A stretch of DNA of 49,670 nucleotides from a virus. Lineage: Duplodnaviria > Caudoviricetes. The notes under the pieces are model-generated. The model saw nothing but the letters and a program-made list of their open reading frames with translations, was not told the origin of the DNA and did no database searches. Made by a program: the position numbers and the translations under genes. Positions 1 to 9,209 of the stretch are shown here, piece after piece (the stretch's first letter is position 1; the number at the start of each line of letters is the position of its first letter). The stretch is taken from positions 1-49,670 of the IMG/VR virus record IMGVR_UViG_3300020733_000023. One strand, given 5' to 3'.

Positions 1-239
1 CGTGGTGTTAAGTTAGGCATACCTAGGCGTTCTGCCCACCAAGGATCCACTTGCTCGCGCCATTCGCGAGCACTTTTTGTACGGCCTTCTAGCATAGTGC
101 GATCCCAGCCAAACACTGCACTGACTGCATCTTTTAAACTAGTAGCAAATGATTCTCGGCGATATCCGTGGAAGTTAGTAAGATAATCAGCAATAGTGTC
201 TTTGCCAGAACCAATAAAACCGCAGATACCAATAATCAT
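1..239 (-). CDS. Deoxynucleoside monophosphate kinase (T4 gp1-like), partial, runs off the left edge
   Basis: Not in the ORF track. Translated by hand from ATG at 239: MIIGICGFIGSGKDTIADYLTNFHGYRRESFATSLKDAVSAVFGW..., with a P-loop GxxGSGKDT and the FAxxLK motif typical of phage dNMP kinases; GGAG Shine-Dalgarno upstream. Confidence 0.85.
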   Translation of the reverse strand, partial: MIIGICGFIGSGKDTIADYLTNFHGYRRESFATSLKDAVSAVFGWDRTMLEGRTKSAREWREQVDPWWAERLGMPNLTP

Positions 240-261
240 GTAGATCTCCTAAAGATGCTAC

Positions 262-290
262 AGTATATAACAATTTTATTACAAGGTCAA
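262..290 (-). promoter_or_regulatory. Sigma70-type promoter for the dNMP kinase gene
   Basis: Minus strand TTGACC (290-285), 17-nt spacer, TATACT (267-262), in the gap before the kinase RBS. Confidence 0.7.
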
Positions 291-297
291 AAGTTTT

Positions 298-1071
298 TTA
301 GCCAAGAACGAAGGTATAAGGTACACCGCCTGGAATTAGATTGTCAATTTCTTTTTCTAAATTGGCGATTTCTTCTTTGCCAGATGCTTGTAGTGCTGTG
401 CCGTTTAGGGTAATTCCACCACCACCAGGACCTGCGATAGATCCAAACTTGCTGCGAGCTTCACCTAGCATCATTTTACAAGTTGCTAGAGTATAGTCTC
501 TTAACCATTGTTTAGCATAGATATCTGTAAGTAAAACATAGTCTGGGCGATAGTTGTAAGTACGGATTAGAACCTGTTCACCCTGAGCAAATGGTCTCTG
601 TAGAATAGTTAGGATGTGGCTCTGTTGTTTCCATTTATACTCAATATAGCTACCAAACATACGTCCTACTAGCTTTTGATAACCAGCAAACATTTCATAA
701 GTTGCCAAACCACCCATCATAGTACCGCTTAATAGGTAAGTGTTTGTATAGGCTAGATTAAATGGCTCAAATAGTGTACCGCCTGCTCCACCGCCTGTGC
801 GTGAGCCAACAGCTCTGCGGAAAACTTCACGGACTTCGATGATTTCATCAGGTAAACGGTACTCGTTTTGATCTTGGATCAGTTCAAGAAACATGTAGCT
901 TTCTTCAACAGCATTTGAGCTGCGTTGACGAAAACGGTTAACAGCACGATCTAGGGCAGTTTCGTAGTGCTTAGGATCAAGCTCTATTTCAACCATACCA
1001 TCACCGAGCATGTCTTTTACATAGTCGAATACCGCGTTGCGTTCTTTCGTTGAGTTGGTTTCTTCAGCCAT
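298..1071 (-). CDS. gp13: Neck / head-tail adaptor protein, T4 gp13-like
   Basis: N-terminal LG..MVEIELD..HY..A.D.A; C-terminal W.RDY.LA..K..LGEARSKF..I.GPGGG..LNG..L...G..E...L..EI, characteristic of gp13-family neck proteins. Confidence 0.8.
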   Translation of the reverse strand: MAEETNSTKERNAVFDYVKDMLGDGMVEIELDPKHYETALDRAVNRFRQRSSNAVEESYMFLELIQDQNEYRLPDEIIEVREVFRRAVGSRTGGGAGGTLFEPFNLAYTNTYLLSGTMMGGLATYEMFAGYQKLVGRMFGSYIEYKWKQQSHILTILQRPFAQGEQVLIRTYNYRPDYVLLTDIYAKQWLRDYTLATCKMMLGEARSKFGSIAGPGGGGITLNGTALQASGKEEIANLEKEIDNLIPGGVPYTFVLG

Positions 1072-1089
1072 TTTAATTCCTTGATACTA

Positions 1090-1109
1090 TATTTAGCTAG
1101 CGATAAATA
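1090..1109. promoter_or_regulatory. Back-to-back T4-like late promoters (GCTAAATA on -, GATAAATA on +)
   Basis: GCTAAATA at 1097-1090 (-) faces gp13; GATAAATA at 1102-1109 (+) faces gp14. The same TAAATA core recurs before several other structural genes and resembles the T4 late consensus TATAAATA. Confidence 0.7.
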
Positions 1110-1113
1110 TCAT

Positions 1114-2580
1114 ATGCCAAGATTATCACTATATAAACCGGAACATGGTAACGACTATAAGTTTATGGATAAAGTAATATCCGAAGCTTTTACAGTAGGC
1201 GGAACCGACCTATATTTCCACAAATACTTAGGGTCAAATACTGCGTCTGCTAATGCTACAGCTGATCAGCCACATTATGCTTCAAATAGTCCCACAAATA
1301 TCCAGGATTTATTACTACTAGAAAATCGTGATCGCACATATGATACTAGCATTTATAGACTACGTGGGCATTACAACGTAGCTAATATTGATTTTAATTT
1401 AAGTCAGTTTGGTCTGTTCATCGATAACGATACTATCTATATGACAGTGCATATTAATGATGTGATAGCATTGATTGGTCGCAAGCCGATGAGTGGCGAT
1501 GTATTTGAGCTACCTCATTTACGGGATAATTTTGCATTAAATAATTTCGATATTGGATTACCTAGATATTATCAAGTAACAGATGTTGGTCGTGCTAGCG
1601 AAGGATTTAGTGCAACTTGGTACCCACATCTTTATAGATTAAAATGCATTAAGATGACAAATTCACAGCAGTTTGCTAATATCTTAAATCAACCGGCAAC
1701 TGACGCCAACGGTGATCCTGATCCGCAAGGCAACACAGTTGGTAGCTTGATGGCTACTCTAGCTACTTCCTATACTATTAATGATGCTGTGATCCAGCAG
1801 GGCGAAGCAGATGCTGCCAAGAGTGGATTTGAAACACAACAATTCTATACGCTAGCAGTTGATCCTAGTACTGGTAAACCTGTTCTAGAAACAGTTGATG
1901 AAACTAGTCTTGATGCTAGCAATGCAACAAATATAAATGCATCATCAACTGCCGGCGTTCCTGTTCGTACAGGTTATACTGGCTACTTAGTCGGAGATGG
2001 TTTCCCACAAAATGGTTATGCATTTGGATTTGGAATACAGTTTCCTGCAAATGCACAGCTCGATGATTTCTTTTTACGAACAGATTTCTTACCTAACAGA
2101 CTATTCCGCTTTGATGGCAATCGCTGGCTCGCTGTAGAAGATGCAGTTCGTATGAATATGACCAATACCGACACCCGCCAGACATTAAAAACAAGTTTTA
2201 TTAATAATGATAACAGTTTCATTTACAATGATGCTGCGGTACAAACTTATGTAATGCTAACCACTGGCGAATATGTAATACAAACACTACAGCCATATGA
2301 TGCATCATATCTAACAGTACCGTACATCGGATTTAAATTAGATACCTTTGAAGTCAGCTATGCTATTGCAGATTATCCAACTCAAACACTTGTTTCTAGT
2401 TATACTAGTGGAGGCAATACCTATTTACAAATAACGTTGCCTACTATTCCTGACAGTTTAAATCAGCAGGTACAGCAAACTATACCCTATGACGGGCAGT
2501 GGAAAGTTGGCTTATACAATAATAGAGAAGCACAAAAACAGAGCTTGTCAAAAGTTCTTAGACCCAAGGCAGATTTCTAA
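1114..2580 (+). CDS. gp14: Neck / head-closure protein, T4 gp14-like, with C-terminal extension
   Basis: IQDLLLLENRDR.YD, LSQFGLFIDND, GRKPMSGDVFELPH motifs and position between gp13-like and gp15-like genes. Start moved from TTG 1081 to ATG 1114 (MPRLSLYKP) because 1081-1113 contains the promoter motifs. Confidence 0.7.
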   Translation: MPRLSLYKPEHGNDYKFMDKVISEAFTVGGTDLYFHKYLGSNTASANATADQPHYASNSPTNIQDLLLLENRDRTYDTSIYRLRGHYNVANIDFNLSQFGLFIDNDTIYMTVHINDVIALIGRKPMSGDVFELPHLRDNFALNNFDIGLPRYYQVTDVGRASEGFSATWYPHLYRLKCIKMTNSQQFANILNQPATDANGDPDPQGNTVGSLMATLATSYTINDAVIQQGEADAAKSGFETQQFYTLAVDPSTGKPVLETVDETSLDASNATNINASSTAGVPVRTGYTGYLVGDGFPQNGYAFGFGIQFPANAQLDDFFLRTDFLPNRLFRFDGNRWLAVEDAVRMNMTNTDTRQTLKTSFINNDNSFIYNDAAVQTYVMLTTGEYVIQTLQPYDASYLTVPYIGFKLDTFEVSYAIADYPTQTLVSSYTSGGNTYLQITLPTIPDSLNQQVQQTIPYDGQWKVGLYNNREAQKQSLSKVLRPKADF

Positions 2581-4085
2581 TGCAATATTTTTATGACGGG
2601 CAAATCCGCCGCTATCTTGTACAGACTATTCGCGTACTTAGTAACTTCGTAGTCAAATACGGTGACGGTACACTACATCGTGTGCCCGTGCAGTACGGTG
2701 ATCCCGACAGACAAGTTGCAACAGTTCTAAATCAAAATAGTGAAAACACCATTGCCACTGTACCTAAAATTGCTGTTTATATTTCTGGATTAGAATTAGA
2801 CAGTAATCGATTGGCAGATGCTACACACTACGACAAATTAAATTTCCGTGAACGTGATATTGACACAGGTACTAATACCTACACACAGGGTCAGGGGCGT
2901 AACTATACAGTAGAACGATTGATGCCAACTCCCTTCAAATTAACTATGAAAGTAGATATTTGGTCTAGCAGTACTGAACAGAAATTACAGATACTAGAAC
3001 AAATAATGGTCTTGTTTAATCCTACGTTAGAAATTCAGACAACTGACAATTATGTTGACTGGACTAGCCTTAGTGTGTTAAGCATTGCTTCGATGAGTTG
3101 GTCAAGTAGACAAGTTCCTGTTGGTGCAGAGAACCCCATTGATATCGCTAATATTACGTTAACTGCACCTATATGGATTAGTCCGCCGGTTAAGGTTAAG
3201 CATCTCGGTGTTATTACCAGCATTATTACTAATATTCATGATAACTTTGCGGCCGATACTAGTACCTATATCGATGGACTGGGCATGCCCTTAACTGATA
3301 GCTCACCAAGTCTTGGTGCAACATTAAGCACGCAGGTAGTCACAGTTGATAACTATCAAATCCAAGTTTATAATAGTCAAGCGTTCCTAATGCCAAACAG
3401 TGAAAGTGTTGTTCCGGTAGAGCGTACACTAGACATTCCAACTAGACAAGGAACTACAGTTAACTGGGAAGAACTATTCCAGCAGTATGCAGGTAATGGC
3501 AAATACATAGCCGGAGTTAGCAAACTGTTTTTAATACAGCCGAATGGCACTTATGTAATTGGTAGTATTGCTGTGTCGAGTTTAGATCCAACAATGCTAC
3601 AGATTAACTGGGACTTAGATACTGTACCTACTAACACTAATATTGACAGTCAAGGGCTAATTTATGGCTTTGATCCTAGTTACGGTTCTGGCACACAGTA
3701 TCGTTCAAGAAGCCCCGGCACGTTTGATGCTATTATTGATCCAACTAAAGTATACCCCGGCAACGGAATGAGTAATATCGTAGACGGTGATCGATTCCTT
3801 ATAGTAGAAGATATCGGTGGTGCCACCGATAGAACTTATGTAGATTCAAATAATGTTACACAACCAGGAACAGCAGCCTGGGGCACTTTCGCCGCAAATG
3901 CTAATGATATCATAGAATGGCATGCAGGTGCATGGCACGTAATTTTTACTAGTAGCCAAGAATCCAGCCGCATCATCTATCAAACGAATATATACACTGG
4001 GGTCCAGTATGTGTGGAACGGTGTATATTGGGCAAAATCGTTTGAAGGTGAGTATAAAGCGGGTTCATGGAAGCTAGAGCTATAA
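2580..4085 (+). CDS. gp15: Tail terminator / sheath stabilizer, T4 gp15-like, with C-terminal extension
   Basis: MQYFYDGQIRRY..Q...V.SNF.V, RVPV.YG, MPTPF.L...VDIW, LQILEQI...FNP motifs of the gp15 family. Confidence 0.8.
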   Translation: MQYFYDGQIRRYLVQTIRVLSNFVVKYGDGTLHRVPVQYGDPDRQVATVLNQNSENTIATVPKIAVYISGLELDSNRLADATHYDKLNFRERDIDTGTNTYTQGQGRNYTVERLMPTPFKLTMKVDIWSSSTEQKLQILEQIMVLFNPTLEIQTTDNYVDWTSLSVLSIASMSWSSRQVPVGAENPIDIANITLTAPIWISPPVKVKHLGVITSIITNIHDNFAADTSTYIDGLGMPLTDSSPSLGATLSTQVVTVDNYQIQVYNSQAFLMPNSESVVPVERTLDIPTRQGTTVNWEELFQQYAGNGKYIAGVSKLFLIQPNGTYVIGSIAVSSLDPTMLQINWDLDTVPTNTNIDSQGLIYGFDPSYGSGTQYRSRSPGTFDAIIDPTKVYPGNGMSNIVDGDRFLIVEDIGGATDRTYVDSNNVTQPGTAAWGTFAANANDIIEWHAGAWHVIFTSSQESSRIIYQTNIYTGVQYVWNGVYWAKSFEGEYKAGSWKLEL

Positions 4086-4516
4086 CAGATCGAATTGTTT
4101 GCAGTGGTGCGTTATTTTACGCCAAATCAACACGTAGATTTTTACTGTTACAAAAAAGTAATGGCAAACATGCAGGTACTTGGGGTCTTGTAGGCGGTAC
4201 TAATGTACAAGGCGAAACGGCTTATCAAGGCTTGCAACGAGAAGTCAAAGAAGAAATCGGCTTCAACCCAAAAGTAATTAAATCAATCCCCTTAGAAACA
4301 TTCGTTTCAAACGACAAGGTATTCAATTTCCATACGTATCTCTGTGTTATTGCTGAGGAATTTATTCCGGAATTAAGTACAGAGCATATGGGATGGTGTT
4401 GGGCTAAATTAGATTCTGCGCCAAAACCGCTACATCAAGGATTACGTAACAGTTTTACAAATAAAATAATCAAAACAAAACTCCAAACTATACTAGATTT
4501 GGTAGAATTAATTTGA
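4067..4516 (+). CDS. NUDIX hydrolase
   Basis: Intact Nudix box GX5EX7REUXEEXG (GTNVQGETAYQGLQREVKEEIG). Confidence 0.9.
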   Translation: MEARAITDRIVCSGALFYAKSTRRFLLLQKSNGKHAGTWGLVGGTNVQGETAYQGLQREVKEEIGFNPKVIKSIPLETFVSNDKVFNFHTYLCVIAEEFIPELSTEHMGWCWAKLDSAPKPLHQGLRNSFTNKIIKTKLQTILDLVELI

Positions 4517-4541
4517 CAAGTACAACAGATTATGTTATCAT
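4513..4541 (+). promoter_or_regulatory. Near-consensus sigma70-type promoter for the enzyme operon
   Basis: TTGACA (4513-4518), 17-nt spacer, TATCAT (4536-4541) with extended -10 TG at 4533-4534; AAGGA RBS before ATG 4567. Confidence 0.8.
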
Positions 4542-4566
4542 AGTCTAAAATTATAAGGATTTTTAA

Positions 4567-5568
4567 ATGAGTCAACGAGGAAAAGCATTCTTTATCAACG
4601 GTGGTGCCGGCAGAGTTATTTGCTCCATTCCAGCACTAGAAAAATATGCAGAAGAGAATGGTAAAGATTTTATCATTGTCTGTGAAGGTGGAACTGACTT
4701 TTATAAAGGGCATCCAATTCTACATGAACGTGCTTACGATCATTGGCATAAAAATCTATTCGAAGACAAGCTAATCAATATGGACCTAGTAAGCCCGGAA
4801 CCATATCGCATTTGGGAATACTATAACCAAAAATGTTCTATCGCCCAAGCCTACGATATTGCTATTAATAATAAAGGTGTTCGTACGCTACAACGTCCAT
4901 TTATTAAACTATCAAACGAAGAAATGTTTGCTGGTATATCAGTTATTAAAGAAGTTAAAGAAAAGACTAAAAAAGATCGTGTAATCGTATTCCAACCGTT
5001 TGGCCGAGGCATTACTGCTAACAACGGTATCATCTTTGATCCATCAGGTCGTAGTTTTGAAGCCGAACACGTAATTAGTATTGTTAAAAAATTGCAGAAG
5101 AAATTTGCAGTTATTGTTATGAGTGAAATTGGTATTGATTTTAGTGCTCACGGTTGTAAAGATCTAGTAGCGATTCCACAGAATGTTGGACTGCGCCAAT
5201 GGGCAAGTATTATTGCTCAAGCAGACTATTTCTTAGGATGTGACAGTGTAGGACAGCATTTGGCCTATGCATTCCATAAACCGGCAAGTGTTATAATGGG
5301 CTCAACCTTCGGTATCAATGTGTCATATCCCGAGGAAGATTCATTTATTGTTATGGATCTAGGTGAAGGTCGCAGACGTTATAGTCCAATTCGTATTACT
5401 ATGGATGAAGTAGCTGATCGTGGTAACGATGGTATTATGACTATGAATGAAAAAGTTGAAGATGCTATTGTTGAAAATGTACTAAAACAGTCAGCAAAGT
5501 ATCGTAATACCGCAGCCGCATCTACTGTTGCAATAACTAAAGCACCAGAGACTTGTAAAACTTGTTAA
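4567..5568 (+). CDS. GT-B fold glycosyltransferase, GT9 (heptosyltransferase)-like
   Basis: N-terminal GGAGRVICSIPAL and C-terminal LRQWASIIAQADYFLGCDSVGQHLAYAF.KP..VI.GST match the GT9 pattern (DS...H.A.A...P.V...G.T). Confidence 0.75.
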   Translation: MSQRGKAFFINGGAGRVICSIPALEKYAEENGKDFIIVCEGGTDFYKGHPILHERAYDHWHKNLFEDKLINMDLVSPEPYRIWEYYNQKCSIAQAYDIAINNKGVRTLQRPFIKLSNEEMFAGISVIKEVKEKTKKDRVIVFQPFGRGITANNGIIFDPSGRSFEAEHVISIVKKLQKKFAVIVMSEIGIDFSAHGCKDLVAIPQNVGLRQWASIIAQADYFLGCDSVGQHLAYAFHKPASVIMGSTFGINVSYPEEDSFIVMDLGEGRRRYSPIRITMDEVADRGNDGIMTMNEKVEDAIVENVLKQSAKYRNTAAASTVAITKAPETCKTC

Positions 5569-5569
5569 T

Positions 5570-6460
5570 ATGAGTCGTTTATTTGCATTTGGGTGTAGTT
5601 TTACACAATATGCTTGGCCTACATGGGCAGACTTTTTAGGTTTAGAATTTGAACAGTTTGAAAATTGGGGATATCCAGGCATAGGTAATAGGGCAATCGC
5701 AGAGCGGATTGCCCAATGCCATGCTATTAATAAATTCACTTCCGATGATACTGTTATAGTGCAATGGTCTAGTTATCTACGGAATGATTATCATACCGGT
5801 AGACGTAGACTAAATTATATGAAAAAAGATCCGCTTGCATGGCAAGGTGGATGGAAAACCGGAGGCAGTATATTCAACTATATCAACCAGCCGGTCTACG
5901 ATCAAAAGTGGATTGCACAGTTCTTTGATGGACAGTCATTCTTTATGCATACTTTAAACAATATAGTTGCTAGCCAAGGATTATTAAAATCTACCGGTTG
6001 CAAGTGGCTTATGACTAGTTTATCCGAGTTATCTAAGTTGGGTAACGATATTCCAAATGATTCCTATGGCGATGCATTAACATTAGAAGATCCCAATTAT
6101 ACTGTTTGGAACGATCCCGAATATGAGAAATTTTCTTTTTATAAAAAAGCCATATGGGACGACTACTCAGATCATTGGCTAGAACCGATAGGCCCGTATG
6201 TATGGGGTCGAACCACAGAAGGTTGGTCGTTTGAGTCCGAAGATGGCACTCTGGTAAAGGACATACATCCTAGCCCAAGACAACATATATCATATGTTAA
6301 TAATGTAATTAGCCATAAATTGAACGTGCCGGTTGATAATGCAAAATATGCCGATCTATTAACACTCACAGACAATATAAAAACATCTAATAAAAAATTA
6401 GATGCATTTGAAGTAGAAATGATAAAGAATTGGCATCCTCTAGATTATAAAGGAATATGA
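5570..6460 (+). CDS. SGNH/GDSL-like protein (putative acylesterase/acyltransferase)
   Basis: Block I-like AFGCSFT, block II-like G.PGIGN, VIVQWS, and C-terminal D-x-H-P (KDIHPSP). Confidence 0.6.
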   Translation: MSRLFAFGCSFTQYAWPTWADFLGLEFEQFENWGYPGIGNRAIAERIAQCHAINKFTSDDTVIVQWSSYLRNDYHTGRRRLNYMKKDPLAWQGGWKTGGSIFNYINQPVYDQKWIAQFFDGQSFFMHTLNNIVASQGLLKSTGCKWLMTSLSELSKLGNDIPNDSYGDALTLEDPNYTVWNDPEYEKFSFYKKAIWDDYSDHWLEPIGPYVWGRTTEGWSFESEDGTLVKDIHPSPRQHISYVNNVISHKLNVPVDNAKYADLLTLTDNIKTSNKKLDAFEVEMIKNWHPLDYKGI

Positions 6461-7371
6461 TGAAACAGCCTCGTAGATTATTTGCCTTTGGCTGTAGCTA
6501 CACTAGCTACGCATGGCCTACTTGGGCAAACTTTTTAGGTATAGAATTTGCAGAAGTTCAAAACTGGGGCATGTCCGGATTGGGCAATCGTGCAATCGCC
6601 GAGCGGGTCGCAGAAGCCAACATGAAATATAAATTTTGTGAAAACGATGTTGTTATAGTACAATGGTCTAGCCATTTGCGCAACGACTGGTGGCATCAAG
6701 CAGAAATATTAGGCCGACCAAGAGGTTGGAAGACTATGGGTAGTATATTCAACTATCTCAATGAAAAATTGTATGATAAGAAATGGATTGACACTTTCTT
6801 TTTTGAGCCTGCTTTTATTATGCACTCTTTAAATAATATATCATTAACGCAGGGGTTGCTAAAGTCTACAGGCTGTGAATGGTATATGACTAGCATTGGC
6901 GATATCAGGATGCTAGGTAGTGATCTGCGTGAAGATGCAACCTACGGCGAAACTACTGAAATCGTTAAAAAATTAGGAACTGTTGAAGAAAAACTTGCTT
7001 GGAAAATGGTTCCAGAATTACAAGTATATGAGAAACCAATTTGGGAAGATCATGCCGATCATTGGTTAATGGGCTTTGAGGAACTATGCAATGGGTATCC
7101 TCAACTTACTTATTTGTTTTATGATATACCACAGCGTATACAGTTTTATGATTTTCATCCTAGTCCAAGACAACATGTACTTTGGATCGAGCGTGAATTA
7201 AAGAAAAAGTTAAAAATATCAGACGAAACCATGCTGACAGCACATAAAGTGGTTGACTTCATAGATGCATTTCATGTAAAATTGAATGTAGATAAACGTG
7301 CTTGTGAATATGCAATAGCTAGATCAGATATAAAAGAGTTTGAATGGCCGACAAGGCCTCGTGGATTTTAA
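6457..7371 (+). CDS. SGNH/GDSL-like protein, tandem paralog of 5570..6460
   Basis: RLFAFGCSYT.YAWPTWA.FLG.EF, G.GNRAIAER.A, VIVQWSS.LRND, GSIFNY, D.HPSPRQH shared with the upstream gene. Confidence 0.6.
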   Translation: MMKQPRRLFAFGCSYTSYAWPTWANFLGIEFAEVQNWGMSGLGNRAIAERVAEANMKYKFCENDVVIVQWSSHLRNDWWHQAEILGRPRGWKTMGSIFNYLNEKLYDKKWIDTFFFEPAFIMHSLNNISLTQGLLKSTGCEWYMTSIGDIRMLGSDLREDATYGETTEIVKKLGTVEEKLAWKMVPELQVYEKPIWEDHADHWLMGFEELCNGYPQLTYLFYDIPQRIQFYDFHPSPRQHVLWIERELKKKLKISDETMLTAHKVVDFIDAFHVKLNVDKRACEYAIARSDIKEFEWPTRPRGF

Positions 7372-7380
7372 GGAAAAACT

Positions 7381-9192
7381 ATGGAATTAGATAACGGAGG
7401 TAAAGATATATGGATCGCGGCAATAGCTCGTGGCCACAATGCCAGCGTATGCTTGCTCAAGAATGGTAAAATCGTTTTTAGCATTGAAGAAGAACGATTG
7501 AGTCGTCACAAATACGATGGCGGACCATACGCAGCCATGATGAAAATTAAAGAATATACCGATCGTTTAGATTATTTGGTCATTGCACACACTCAACGAC
7601 TACAGGACACTGCTGGCAAGGTTGACTTTACCGGAGACGATGTCTATACCGGACTTGCTCGTAAGATGGGGTTGATTGCTCGCAAGTTGAATATTTGGAA
7701 ACATCCGCAAGTTATTGATCTAAGTCATGTACATCATAAACTACATGCAGCCTGTGCGTTTTATCGTTCAGGATTTGATTCAGCAGTTGCACTAATTGTA
7801 GATGGTGCGGGAACATTCCTTCCGTTGAATATTGCCGGCGAGCAAGTCACTGGTTGGGAAACTGAATCAATTTATGATTGCGAGTATCCTAATACATTTA
7901 CTACACTATACAAGCATGTAGGTGTACGTGGACCTAATCCAGGTATTTTAATTGAAAACTTTGATAGTTCAATGTTCGATGAACGTGGAACTCACGAATG
8001 TTTGATTACAGATCGTGCTGGTATTACTAAGGTATATGAAGCAGTGACTCGTTATTGTGGTTGGGATTCAATTGAAGCTGGTAAAACCATGGGATTATTT
8101 CCTTATGGTGAACCAAATGATGCTATTCCACCATTGTTCGATGATACCGGCATTACACCATTAGCTAATAGAAATATCATTGTACCAACATATCCAAATG
8201 GTGCAGTTGTTAATCAAATGCTATTTAAAGAACTAATGGATGGTGCAGAAGCAGATGATGTTACACTATTGCAAAATCGTAGAGATTTAGCATATGCTTG
8301 TCAAACACAAACGCAGGAACAAGTGGTACGCTTAATCCGTAAAGCAGTAGAAATGACAGGTAAAAAGAAAGTTGTTATTTCAGGCGGGTATGGATTAAAC
8401 TGTGTTGCTAACTATCATTACTTAGACGCATTAAAAGATGAAGGCATTGAGATTTATGTAGAACCTATATCAAATGATGCTGGTACTGCTATCGGTGCTG
8501 CCTTGATGCAGTATAAAAATGCAGATCCTGAAACAGAGATCCCCTATGATAAAGATGGTTTATATCTAGGATTTGAATATAACTATACTGTAGATAATGT
8601 TAATAGTATACTCAGCAAGTATAAAGATGTAGAAATTAAAGATGCTACACACGAAGATATTGTTGATTTATTAATGGATAAAAAGATTGTTACCTTATTC
8701 CAAGGACGTTCAGAAAACGGTCCTCGTGCATTAGGTAATCGTTCAGTATTGTTTAATCCTACATACGAAGATGGCAAGGACTATGTGAACGAAGTCAAGC
8801 ATCGTGAATATTTCCGTCCATTTGCTGGTAGTATCCTACAGGACTATGTGCATGAATGGTTTGATTTGCGTGGTATGGAAGATAGTCCCTACATGATGTA
8901 TGCTGTTAATTGCCAGCCCGGTATTGAAGAAAAGATTCCGAGTATTATTCACGTAGACGGAACTTGTCGTATACAAACAGTTACACAAGAACAAAATAAG
9001 AATTACTACGATTTAATTAAAGCATTTTATGATCGTACAGGAGTACCAATCTTGTTTAATACCAGTTTCAATCTAGGTGGTGAACCGTTAGTTGAAACTC
9101 TAGATGATGCTATTTGGACTCTAAAAGAATCAGATATTGAGTACTTGTACTTGCCAGAATTAGGTAAACTAATTACAGTTCCTAATTTCTAA
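7381..9192 (+). CDS. Carbamoyltransferase, NodU/CmcH/TobZ family
   Basis: GHNASVCLL, EEERLSR.K, HH.LHA..AFY.SGF, VDGAG, AGKTMGL, SGG..LNCVAN, DAGTAIGAA, E.GPRALGNRS, K.RE.FRPFA, HVDGT.R.QTV, NTSFNL.GEPLVET. Confidence 0.95.
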   Translation: MELDNGGKDIWIAAIARGHNASVCLLKNGKIVFSIEEERLSRHKYDGGPYAAMMKIKEYTDRLDYLVIAHTQRLQDTAGKVDFTGDDVYTGLARKMGLIARKLNIWKHPQVIDLSHVHHKLHAACAFYRSGFDSAVALIVDGAGTFLPLNIAGEQVTGWETESIYDCEYPNTFTTLYKHVGVRGPNPGILIENFDSSMFDERGTHECLITDRAGITKVYEAVTRYCGWDSIEAGKTMGLFPYGEPNDAIPPLFDDTGITPLANRNIIVPTYPNGAVVNQMLFKELMDGAEADDVTLLQNRRDLAYACQTQTQEQVVRLIRKAVEMTGKKKVVISGGYGLNCVANYHYLDALKDEGIEIYVEPISNDAGTAIGAALMQYKNADPETEIPYDKDGLYLGFEYNYTVDNVNSILSKYKDVEIKDATHEDIVDLLMDKKIVTLFQGRSENGPRALGNRSVLFNPTYEDGKDYVNEVKHREYFRPFAGSILQDYVHEWFDLRGMEDSPYMMYAVNCQPGIEEKIPSIIHVDGTCRIQTVTQEQNKNYYDLIKAFYDRTGVPILFNTSFNLGGEPLVETLDDAIWTLKESDIEYLYLPELGKLITVPNF

Positions 9193-9209
9193 TAGAAAAT
9201 CAAGAGAAT

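Noticed and set aside
168-413. 81-aa + strand ORF
   Set aside because: It overlaps the dNMP kinase, its promoter and gp13 on the opposite strand and has no recognisable motif.
1081-1113. TTG start of the gp14-like ORF given in the track
   Set aside because: This segment holds both late-promoter motifs; ATG 1114 is the more plausible start.
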